This document shows, one piece after another, positions 34,780-42,366 of a stretch of DNA of 64,000 nucleotides; the first letter of the stretch is position 1, and the number at the start of each line of letters is the position of its first letter. A model generated the notes under the pieces. The model was given only the letters and a program-made list of their open reading frames with translations, did no database searches and was not told the DNA's origin. Origin of the DNA: Bacteroidales bacterium (GTDB lineage Bacteria; Bacteroidota; Bacteroidia; Bacteroidales; UBA932); contig JAFYYW010000009.1 in assembly GCA_017548985.1 (NCBI GenBank), positions 5,290 through 69,289 on the forward strand, given 5' to 3'. The translations under genes were made by a program, and so were the position numbers.

Positions 34780-34856
34780 TGGTCGGGATGATCCGACTCG
34801 AACGGACGACCCCTACGTCCCGAACGTAGTGCGCTAGCCAACTGCGCTACATCCCG
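34780..34856 (-). tRNA. tRNA-Pro(CGG)
   Basis: Acceptor CGGGATG/CATCCCG, anticodon stem CTACG/CGTAG with loop TTCGGGA, GTTCGAG T-loop, encoded CCA. Confidence 0.97.
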
Positions 34857-34864
34857 ATTGCTCC

Positions 34865-35119
34865 TTACGAGAGCTTGTTGATGTAGACAGCGATACCGCT
34901 CTTGAGGTTGGAAGCCTTGTTCTTGTGGATAACGCCGATCTTCGCGAGTTTGTCGATCATGGCGTACACCTTGGGAGCTCCTTCCTCGGCAGCCTTCTTG
35001 TCTGTAGTGTTCCTGATAGCGCGGATAGCGTTCCGCGTCGACTTCGCATAATACTTATTATGCAGTCTGCGCCGCTCGCTCTGGCGATTGGCTTTCTTTG
35101 CTGATGCGTGATTTGCCAT
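34865..35119 (-). CDS. rpsT: 30S ribosomal protein S20
   Basis: MANHASAKKA...IHKNKASNLKS. Confidence 0.97.
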   Translation of the reverse strand: MANHASAKKANRQSERRRLHNKYYAKSTRNAIRAIRNTTDKKAAEEGAPKVYAMIDKLAKIGVIHKNKASNLKSGIAVYINKLS

Positions 35120-35140
35120 TGTTTTATTTTTTAATATTTT

Positions 35141-35215
35141 TGGTAGTGGGTAGGAGAATCGAACTCCTATTGCGGGAATGAAAATCCCGAGTACTAACCG
35201 TTATACGAACCCACC
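35141..35215 (-). tRNA. tRNA-Glu(TTC)
   Basis: Acceptor GGTGGGT/ACCCACT, anticodon stem CGGGA/TCCCG with loop TTTTCAT, GTTCGAT T-loop, encoded CCA. Confidence 0.95.
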
Positions 35216-35253
35216 GTACAACCGATTTGGACGCGATACGCCAAATTGGGTTG

Positions 35254-35261
35254 CAAATATA
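35254..35261 (-). promoter_or_regulatory. -7 box TATATTTG for tRNA-Glu-rpsT-tRNA-Pro
   Basis: TAnnTTTG 38 nt upstream of tRNA-Glu. Confidence 0.7.
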
Positions 35262-35312
35262 GAGATTATTTTCGAGCCGACAAAATAAATTTGAGCGAGA
35301 AACGTCTTATTT

Positions 35313-36317
35313 TCACTGGCCTTCCTCCTTATCCCATTCGAAGGAATAAAGAAGCGACTCCACCTGGCGCAGGTACTGACGTTTGTCGTATTTCGCGGCA
35401 TACACCCAGGCCTCCAGAACGATGATGTCCTTCCCGTCCTTGCTATAGAACGAATGTGACACGAAAGGACCGCCCATGAAGTCGTTGTAAACCTCCCATA
35501 GTCCCCTGGTCTCGGCGAAATCGAGGTTGTGGTATTTAAGGAACTTGACCCCGGGAGTAATGAACTGGCTAGTGATCATGTAGGTGTTGTCGAACATTCC
35601 GGGGACATATTTCTGAAGGAAAGCGTCCCTGTGGGCGATAATCCTCTCCTCAGTGAAGGGCTCGTCCTCAGTCGCGGGATATTTGTAGACGAACACACCC
35701 TGGGTCGTATACTGTTTCTCGTCGGCGATCCAAATGAAATCGTCGGTGACCTTCTTGAGGTTGTATCCCACCGGGAAATGGACCTTGCCTCCGATCATCT
35801 GGTCGACAACCTCAGCGAGTTTGCCTTCCTCATAAAGCAGGGTGTTTGTTATAACCCTGTTGCGCTCCGCCTGCTCTATGGCACCGGCGATGTTCTCACC
35901 GTCCTTTTGGAGGACAACGATGGCAGAGTCGGCATTGGAGGCGTTGACCTGGATGACGCACTGCGGTTTTGCCCAGACATTCGTGCGGTAGATGACCCCC
36001 TGCTTCTGGACAGTGGTGTCGACATTGAATATGACAATGTTCCGGTGATATTTGAACATATCCTTGAAGGATCCCGGAGCAAGGCTGACAAGCGAATACA
36101 AAGGCTCCCTCTGGGGCAGGAACTCGCAGTCCCGGGCGAGAAGCCCGCGGACCTCGTTGCCCAGGTTGCCTTCCCAACCTTCCCGGTCAATCACGACTAT
36201 GACCTCTCCAGCCTTGCCGCTGACATTAGGGAGAAGCGCCTTCCCGTTACTTCCGCATGACGCCGCCGAAACTATGGCCATAATGCCAGCCGCGACGTAA
36301 ATGAATATCTTTTTCAT
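35313..36317 (-). CDS. DUF4837-like lipoprotein
   Basis: Lipobox AASC; PQREP, WAKPQ, RGLW...FMGGPF and YLRQVE; ATG at 36317 with -7 box TAACTTTG at 36348-36355. Confidence 0.8.
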   Translation of the reverse strand: MKKIFIYVAAGIMAIVSAASCGSNGKALLPNVSGKAGEVIVVIDREGWEGNLGNEVRGLLARDCEFLPQREPLYSLVSLAPGSFKDMFKYHRNIVIFNVDTTVQKQGVIYRTNVWAKPQCVIQVNASNADSAIVVLQKDGENIAGAIEQAERNRVITNTLLYEEGKLAEVVDQMIGGKVHFPVGYNLKKVTDDFIWIADEKQYTTQGVFVYKYPATEDEPFTEERIIAHRDAFLQKYVPGMFDNTYMITSQFITPGVKFLKYHNLDFAETRGLWEVYNDFMGGPFVSHSFYSKDGKDIIVLEAWVYAAKYDKRQYLRQVESLLYSFEWDKEEGQ

Positions 36318-36512
36318 GACTCTATGATTATATACTTTTCCACGATGCAAAGTTACGACGGTTTTAGGATTATCTCCAAATTTCCGCCCCTGAAAAAACT
36401 CTCGCTCCGCATCTTATTCCAATTGATTTTCAGTCACTTCCATTTAAACAATCTCTCGCATAAGCTGAGGGTGCTAGAATCCACTTCCGAACCTGGCATA
36501 ATTCCACGAGCT

Positions 36513-36644
36513 TGGCGCCAGGAGGGTACTCCCTCTAGAAACCGTGGCCACCCTCGGCCACGTAAGAGGGGGGACCGCCGACGAAGTCGGTGGTGGGGCC
36601 GAGCGAAGCGAGGCGTTTCGGGAGGGAGCACCCTCTCGGCGCCA
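36513..36644. repeat. 132-bp multi-branched palindromic element downstream of nrdG
   Basis: Outer stem TGGCGCC..GAGGGTACTCCCTC..GAAAC / GTTTC..GAGGGAGCACCCTC..GGCGCCA, enclosing GTGGCC/GGCCAC, ACCGCCGAC-GAA-GTCGGTGGT and GCC-GA-GC-GAA-GC-GA-GGC. Confidence 0.8.
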
Positions 36645-36658
36645 CTAACATTGTGTGA

Positions 36659-37156
36659 TTAAGTGTTCGGGTCGATGCCCTTGTGCCAGAAACGGGAGGT
36701 GATGTCCGTCAGGCGGTAGTCTGGCTTGGATGAAGTGTCGTGGGTGACCTTGTAGAGCCGCTGGTTTGTGGTCGGGGAATTGAGCGGGCCGAAATGCTCC
36801 ATATATGGCCCGACCTTGACATAATCAAAAGTCATATAAAGCGCCTTCTCGACATCACGACGACCGGAATAGAGAGCCGGCGAGAGGCCGATTTCCCTGA
36901 CATGGTCAGCCAAAGCGATCAAAGCCTCCGGATCATTGCCCTCGCCCAGAAAGAGGAAACAGTTGACACCGAAATTGTCAGCGACAAGCTTGTCTATGAT
37001 CTCATTGGTCAGTTCCTCCCCTATGTCCTCCTTAAGAAAAGGCGAGTGGCACCCGACGCAATTACCTTGGCAGTTGCTTATGTCAACTGCCAAGGTAACC
37101 CTGTCAGGTATCTCCTCAATGACCACTGAGGTCATCTGGGGGACATATTTAATCAT
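36659..37156 (-). CDS. nrdG: Anaerobic ribonucleotide reductase activase
   Basis: CQGNCVGCHS radical-SAM motif, KVGPY and TTNQRLY; overlaps nrdD. Confidence 0.93.
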   Translation of the reverse strand: MIKYVPQMTSVVIEEIPDRVTLAVDISNCQGNCVGCHSPFLKEDIGEELTNEIIDKLVADNFGVNCFLFLGEGNDPEALIALADHVREIGLSPALYSGRRDVEKALYMTFDYVKVGPYMEHFGPLNSPTTNQRLYKVTHDTSSKPDYRLTDITSRFWHKGIDPNT

Positions 37157-39402
37157 ATCTTCGTCTTCTCGACGTAGACCGGAGCCGAGGCCTTGACAGT
37201 CTCCCTGGCTCCCTCATGGATGTAAAAGCGATGTCTCGCCTCTTCCTGACGCATCTCACTGAATGAGGAAACTCTCTTCAGGTAACCGATCACGCGCGTC
37301 AGATAATCAAGATTGTGGCTTCCGCACTTAGGACAAACCTCCAGGGTGTCCTTGCTGATGTACCCGCAGTCGTTGCAGACAGTGTTGCGGCAGTTGAATG
37401 TGAAGTAGTTGGTGCCATAATGGGCCGCCGTCTTCAGAAGCTGCCTGTACTGATCCTTCGACAAATGCTCGGCGACATTCATGTGAAGCGCGGATCCGCC
37501 ATCAAGATGCTTGACATAGTCGTTGCCATGAAGCTTGAACTTGTCAATCATCGAGAGGGTGTCATCCTCGGGGTTGTAGAAGTACGAGCTGTACATGTTG
37601 TGCTTGGGCGACACGTAGAAACCGTCCTTCTGATCCCACTTGTAGTTCTTCCCGGAAAGGTTCTCTCCAGGGACGAACTCGGTGTTGAACATCGCATCGG
37701 CTGTCCTGTCCTTCCTGTTGCACCTGTTGATAGTCTCGAGGATAGAGTCCACGAACTCGTTGTACTCGGGGTTGGGGCTGATCGTCAGGCCGAGGAACTC
37801 AGCCGCGTCGGTCAAACCGTTGACACCGATAGTAAGGTACTGACGCCTCATGTCAATGAAACCGGCCTGGTAAACATCCAACATACGGGCCTTAAGGAAG
37901 TCCTTGATGATCTCATTGAAAGCGGTCTGGTACTTGTGGACCTTCTCCGTCTCCTCAGCCACAGCGTCACGGATGTACTCGTAAAGCTGGTTCTTGTCGT
38001 AATCCCCTCTGCTGAGAGCCTTGCCTCCATCAATCATGACACCCTTCTTCTCAAGGAAGTAGCGCCTGGTGGCTATCTGGATGAGCCTGTTGAGATTGAT
38101 AGTCATAACAGACTTGGAACCAGTTGACACAGAGGCGGTACCCATCGAATACTGGTGGGTGGTGTGGTTGTGGGAGGAATCCGACTTGTCAAGGTCGTTG
38201 AGGGAATTGCGCAAGCGGCAGCAGCTGGCGAGACTGTCCGGGCTGTCGGACAGGTAGCAGAAGAAACTGTGACCCTTTGACCACATCTCGGCGGTGAAAT
38301 CGGCATAATCCGGATCGGCGAAATCGTCAGATCCGTCGGTCAGAAGCGCCATGGTCTCCACAGGGAAAGTCAGGATGTAATGGTTCCTTTCCTGGTTGAA
38401 CCAATTCATGAAATGCTTCTGGAGCCAGGAGAGAGTATCCCACCTGGGCGCGGTGCCATCAGGGAAACGGAAATCACCGAAAACGCCACGGAAGTAAGGC
38501 TCGTCAAAGTAACTGATATTCCAGAACACGGTCTGGTAACCGCGGTTGCCGGCGGGCATATTCATGGAATGCACCACCTGTTGGAAATAGTTGTCGATAA
38601 CCTTGATAAGGGTTCTCTTCTTGACGTTCATCTCGACGACATCCTCAAGATGGTCGATGTAGTCGTCGCCGTAGTCCTTGCGGATAAAATAGTCGAGGTA
38701 CATCAGGAACTCGGGAGTCGCCACCGCGCCCATGAACTGGGAGGAAATGGAATACACGAGGTTGATGAACTCGCCGCAGAAGGACTTGAGGTCAGTCGGG
38801 GCTATGGACACGCCACCGAGGTTACGCAGACCGTCGACGAGGAATGGATACATCGTGATCGCCACGCAGTAAGGGTACCCGGGGGTGCCGCTCTCGTCAT
38901 GCTTGTAAAGGACGTGGCTCTCAAGATCCTTGATGTACTGGTTCGCGAGTCCGCGGCCGTACAAGGACTTGATCTTATCCTTCATGATGTAGCGATTCTG
39001 CTTGATGTTGTTCTCCTTGTAGAGTTCCTGGCCGAGCGTCACTATGTTCTTGCGGGTCACATTGGCGTTGGCATCGAACTTAGATCCCGTCGCGGCGTTC
39101 GAAGCGGCGATGTAGTCTTTGATGAAGTCCCTCTTCTTGCGGAGGTCAAGCCCGGCGTCGAATTTCTCGATGTAGGCGATAGCGACCTTCTTGTTGATGG
39201 ACATGAGGCTTTCCTCAACCTGGCGACGGATCTCACGGCTTGTGATCTTGTCGTAAATGTAAAGGTTTTCGGCAATTGACACAACTACTGCCTCGGGACA
39301 CTCCTCACCGGCCGTCTTATAGGCCTCGCGGATACCGCTCATCAATTTGACCTTGTCGTACTCTTCAAACGAACCGTTGGTCTTACGTACAGTTACATCC
39401 AT
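37153..39402 (-). CDS. nrdD: Class III (anaerobic) ribonucleoside-triphosphate reductase with ATP cone
   Basis: ATP-cone start, LASCCRL, C..CG...C..CGS and TRVIGYL glycyl-radical motif. Confidence 0.97.
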   Translation of the reverse strand: MDVTVRKTNGSFEEYDKVKLMSGIREAYKTAGEECPEAVVVSIAENLYIYDKITSREIRRQVEESLMSINKKVAIAYIEKFDAGLDLRKKRDFIKDYIAASNAATGSKFDANANVTRKNIVTLGQELYKENNIKQNRYIMKDKIKSLYGRGLANQYIKDLESHVLYKHDESGTPGYPYCVAITMYPFLVDGLRNLGGVSIAPTDLKSFCGEFINLVYSISSQFMGAVATPEFLMYLDYFIRKDYGDDYIDHLEDVVEMNVKKRTLIKVIDNYFQQVVHSMNMPAGNRGYQTVFWNISYFDEPYFRGVFGDFRFPDGTAPRWDTLSWLQKHFMNWFNQERNHYILTFPVETMALLTDGSDDFADPDYADFTAEMWSKGHSFFCYLSDSPDSLASCCRLRNSLNDLDKSDSSHNHTTHQYSMGTASVSTGSKSVMTINLNRLIQIATRRYFLEKKGVMIDGGKALSRGDYDKNQLYEYIRDAVAEETEKVHKYQTAFNEIIKDFLKARMLDVYQAGFIDMRRQYLTIGVNGLTDAAEFLGLTISPNPEYNEFVDSILETINRCNRKDRTADAMFNTEFVPGENLSGKNYKWDQKDGFYVSPKHNMYSSYFYNPEDDTLSMIDKFKLHGNDYVKHLDGGSALHMNVAEHLSKDQYRQLLKTAAHYGTNYFTFNCRNTVCNDCGYISKDTLEVCPKCGSHNLDYLTRVIGYLKRVSSFSEMRQEEARHRFYIHEGARETVKASAPVYVEKTKI

Positions 39403-39495
39403 ATATATATTATTCTTGCGTGATTTTTAGTTATCAGCATGTGTAAGGGGGGTTGAAAGAGGTTCGGACTGACAAGCAGTCCGAACATTCCAACG

Positions 39496-39503
39496 CAAAT
39501 ATA
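39496..39503 (-). promoter_or_regulatory. -7 box TATATTTG for nrdDG, followed by a 10-bp leader hairpin (39462-39486)
   Basis: TAnnTTTG; GTTCGGACTG/CAGTCCGAAC perfect stem. Confidence 0.65.
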
Positions 39504-39591
39504 GCAGATAAATCGCCCCCTCGCTCAAATAAAATCGTAAAGTTATCAACAACTAGGTAACGATATTGTTAATTCGTTTACCTTCAGACAC

Positions 39592-40926
39592 TTACAGGAA
39601 AATATACTTGAGCACGAACAATATCGCCAAAACGATCATGAACCAGCTGACTTTTTCCTTCTTCCCAGTGCAAAGATTCAGAACCACATAGGCGATCAAG
39701 CCGATGAGGATACCATGGGAAATCGAGTAAGTCATGGGCATCAGTATCATGGTCAGATAGGCGGGAATAGCCTCCGAGAAATCCTCGAGAGGAATGTCTT
39801 TGATCGGGCTGAGCATGAACAGGCCCACTATCACAAGGGCGGGGCAAACAGCCGATCCGGGAATAGCCGTGAATATCGGGGCGAAGAATAGGGCAAGGAT
39901 GAAGCATCCGGCCGTCGCGGCGGCGGTAAGGCCGCTGCGACCTCCCTGGGCGACACCCGAGGCACTCTCAACATAGGTGGTCACCGTGCTGGTTCCGAGG
40001 GCGGCGCCAGCCATGGTGCCGATCGCGTCAGCCAGGAAGGCCTGGTTGATACGGACCGGCTTGCCTTTCTCATCGACCATGTCAGCCTTGGTGGTGACAC
40101 CCACGAGGGTGCCGATGGTGTCGAACATGTCCACGAACAGGAATGTGAATACCACGACTAGCATGTCAAGGCTCAAAACCTGGCTGAAGTCGAACTTGCA
40201 GAAAATCGGGGAGATGCTCGGAGGGGCGGACAGGAAACCGCTGAACTTGGTGAGCCCCATGGGAATACCGATCAACGCGGTGGCTATGATGCCTATAAGG
40301 AGGGCTCCGGGAACATTGAGAATCACAAGGATTCCGGTCAGGATCAAGCCGATCACGGAGAGAAGGCCAGGACCGCTCGTCAGGGTACCGAGATCAACGA
40401 GGGTGGCCTCATTGGCCACGACGATACCGCCGCTCTTCAGTCCGATCAGGGCTATGAACAATCCTATACCGGCTCCGATCGCCTTACGCATCGACATCGG
40501 CAGGGCGTTGACGATCGCCTCACGCACATTAGTCAGCGTCAAGATCACGAATATGAAACCCTCGATCAAGACAGCCGTTAGGGCGAACTGCCAGGAATAA
40601 CCCATTCCCAGACAGACAGAATAGCAGAAGAACGCGTTTAGTCCCATTCCGGGCGCCAGGGCGAACGGAAGTTTGGCGTAGAGAGCCATCACCAGCGTGC
40701 CGATTATAGCGGCGATCGCGGTGGTGGTGAAAAGGGCGTTCTTGTCCATCCCGGTGTCGGCGAGGATGGATGGGTTGACGGCCAGGATGTAGGACATAGC
40801 CAGGAATGTGGTTATTCCCGCCATGATCTCAGTGGAGACCTTCATCTTGGAGCCGTCGAAACCGAATAACTTGGTTAGCCAGCCTTTCTTCTCAGGTGAC
40901 TTGGCCGCTGTTGTGGTTTCAGCCAT
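39592..40926 (-). CDS. NCS2/AzgA-type purine permease
   Basis: EIMAGITTFLAMSYIL, LAPGMGLNAFF, FDTIGTL and YVESASGVAQGGRSG. Confidence 0.93.
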   Translation of the reverse strand: MAETTTAAKSPEKKGWLTKLFGFDGSKMKVSTEIMAGITTFLAMSYILAVNPSILADTGMDKNALFTTTAIAAIIGTLVMALYAKLPFALAPGMGLNAFFCYSVCLGMGYSWQFALTAVLIEGFIFVILTLTNVREAIVNALPMSMRKAIGAGIGLFIALIGLKSGGIVVANEATLVDLGTLTSGPGLLSVIGLILTGILVILNVPGALLIGIIATALIGIPMGLTKFSGFLSAPPSISPIFCKFDFSQVLSLDMLVVVFTFLFVDMFDTIGTLVGVTTKADMVDEKGKPVRINQAFLADAIGTMAGAALGTSTVTTYVESASGVAQGGRSGLTAAATAGCFILALFFAPIFTAIPGSAVCPALVIVGLFMLSPIKDIPLEDFSEAIPAYLTMILMPMTYSISHGILIGLIAYVVLNLCTGKKEKVSWFMIVLAILFVLKYIFL

Positions 40927-40971
40927 AATAATATAATAGTGTTATTTTAGTTAGAGTGTTGGTTCAGGGAA

Positions 40972-41691
40972 TTAGAAAGCCCAGCGGATACCGGCGCAAG
41001 GATTGACCATGAATCCCTTGTTACCCGCGAAGTTGCAAGATATCTCGATCTCACATCCTATGTCAAGATGGTTATCGAACGCGCTTCCGAGGTTCATCCA
41101 AAGCTGAGGCTCAGTCAGGAAGGTGAATTTGGTCTCGTCACCAAGTCCCCAGATAGTGTTGTTGCTCCAAAGATCAGCGAAGCCCTTGAAAGTGAGTCCT
41201 TTGACACCAAACAAGCCAGCCATGCTCCAGACCGCGGTGAACTTCACGGGGATGTCAGCCTTCCCGAAACCCTGGAAAGTCTCGAACATCGCGTAAAGTG
41301 TCAGCATGTTGGAGAAGTCCTGGGAATGGAGGAAATACTTGGCTCCGAAACACCAGGTTCCCTGACCCCAGGTCGTGCCGTCATACTCAACATGTCCGCT
41401 CAGATCCTTCAAGTCGCTTTCCTGCCAGAAATTGATGCCGCGCTCAATCTCGAAGTAGCTTCCGTTGATGGCGCTGGCGACATCGGGACGCTGATCCTTT
41501 TGAGTGTAGTAATGGTCGATGAAGAAGAAGGTGTCTCCGAACTTGTCACCCTTGAACATCTCGAAGGTGGTGGTCATGTACTGACGATCCTTGCCGAAAT
41601 CATAGAACACTTGGACATTTGTCTGGGCCTTTGCCATGAATGAGAAGGCCAGAGCGGCGACAGCGGCCGCGATGATGCGTTTTGTTGACAT
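40972..41691 (-). CDS. DUF5020/Tsx-like outer-membrane nucleoside channel
   Basis: Signal peptide; NVQVFYDFG, TTFEMFK.DKFGDTFFF.D; C-terminal GIRWAF. Confidence 0.78.
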   Translation of the reverse strand: MSTKRIIAAAVAALAFSFMAKAQTNVQVFYDFGKDRQYMTTTFEMFKGDKFGDTFFFIDHYYTQKDQRPDVASAINGSYFEIERGINFWQESDLKDLSGHVEYDGTTWGQGTWCFGAKYFLHSQDFSNMLTLYAMFETFQGFGKADIPVKFTAVWSMAGLFGVKGLTFKGFADLWSNNTIWGLGDETKFTFLTEPQLWMNLGSAFDNHLDIGCEIEISCNFAGNKGFMVNPCAGIRWAF

Positions 41692-41802
41692 AATTATAAA
41701 TAAGTTGGACGATACTCTTGCAAAGTCTTTACAAATTTAAACCGATAACCAGAGAAAATCCATATCTTTGTTAAGCAATAATCCACAAAGTTTTCAACAA
41801 TC

Positions 41803-42366
41803 ATGTTCGAGGAATATTTGAAATTCTACCAGGACTTTCCTTCTCCGGGAATCAAGTTCGTGGACATCATCCCCTATCTCCAGGACCGCGAGGTGTTCGC
41901 CAAAGTGACAGCTGAGGTCGGCCGTCTCGTGACAGCCCCTTCAGTCGCCTGCCCCGAGGCGAGGGCCTTCCTTTTCACCTCCCCTCTCCTGATCGCCGAC
42001 TGCGGCGTTGACAACATCATCCTGTTCCGCAAGAGAGGCAAGCTCCCCTACAGCGGCAATGACCTGCAGACCATCGAGATAATGAAGGAATATGGCGCGG
42101 ACAAGCTGATCTACCGCAACTCTGACATCGCTGCCGGCAAGGCGGAGGACGGGGTGTTCCACGTGTCTATCGTGGATGATGTCCTGGCGACTGGCGGAAC
42201 CGCCGAAGGAATCGCCAAGGCTCTTGAAGCTACCACTATCAAAATCGACGGCAAGGATTATAAGGTCAAGGTAAACGAGTTCATATTCATCGTCGAGCTT
42301 GACGGCCTTAACGGCCGCGACCGGCTCGCTGAGATAGCGCCTGTATATTCCATCGCCCATGTTTAA
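41803..42366 (+). CDS. Adenine phosphoribosyltransferase-like type I PRTase
   Basis: DFPSPGIKFVDIIP, PEARAF, RKRGKLP, EYG and IVDDVLATGGT; -7 box TATCTTTG at 41763-41770. Confidence 0.85.
   Translation: MFEEYLKFYQDFPSPGIKFVDIIPYLQDREVFAKVTAEVGRLVTAPSVACPEARAFLFTSPLLIADCGVDNIILFRKRGKLPYSGNDLQTIEIMKEYGADKLIYRNSDIAAGKAEDGVFHVSIVDDVLATGGTAEGIAKALEATTIKIDGKDYKVKVNEFIFIVELDGLNGRDRLAEIAPVYSIAHV

Noticed and set aside
34653-34856. attL/attR duplication of the tRNA-Pro 3' end
   Set aside because: No second copy noticed near 20.8-21.7 kb or elsewhere by eye; a computational search could still find a short core.
36434-36662. Small ORFs 36434-36631 and 36324-36662
   Set aside because: They coincide with the GC-rich palindromic element and have Arg/Pro/Gly-rich, non-protein-like sequence.
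38380-39279. 299-aa plus-strand ORF (similarly 37315-38127, 52961-53872, 53229-54224)
   Set aside because: Antisense shadows of nrdD and pheT.
40927-41802. Purine riboswitch ahead of the permease, channel or PRTase
   Set aside because: The intergenic gaps are short (45 and 111 nt) and lack the purine-aptamer consensus.
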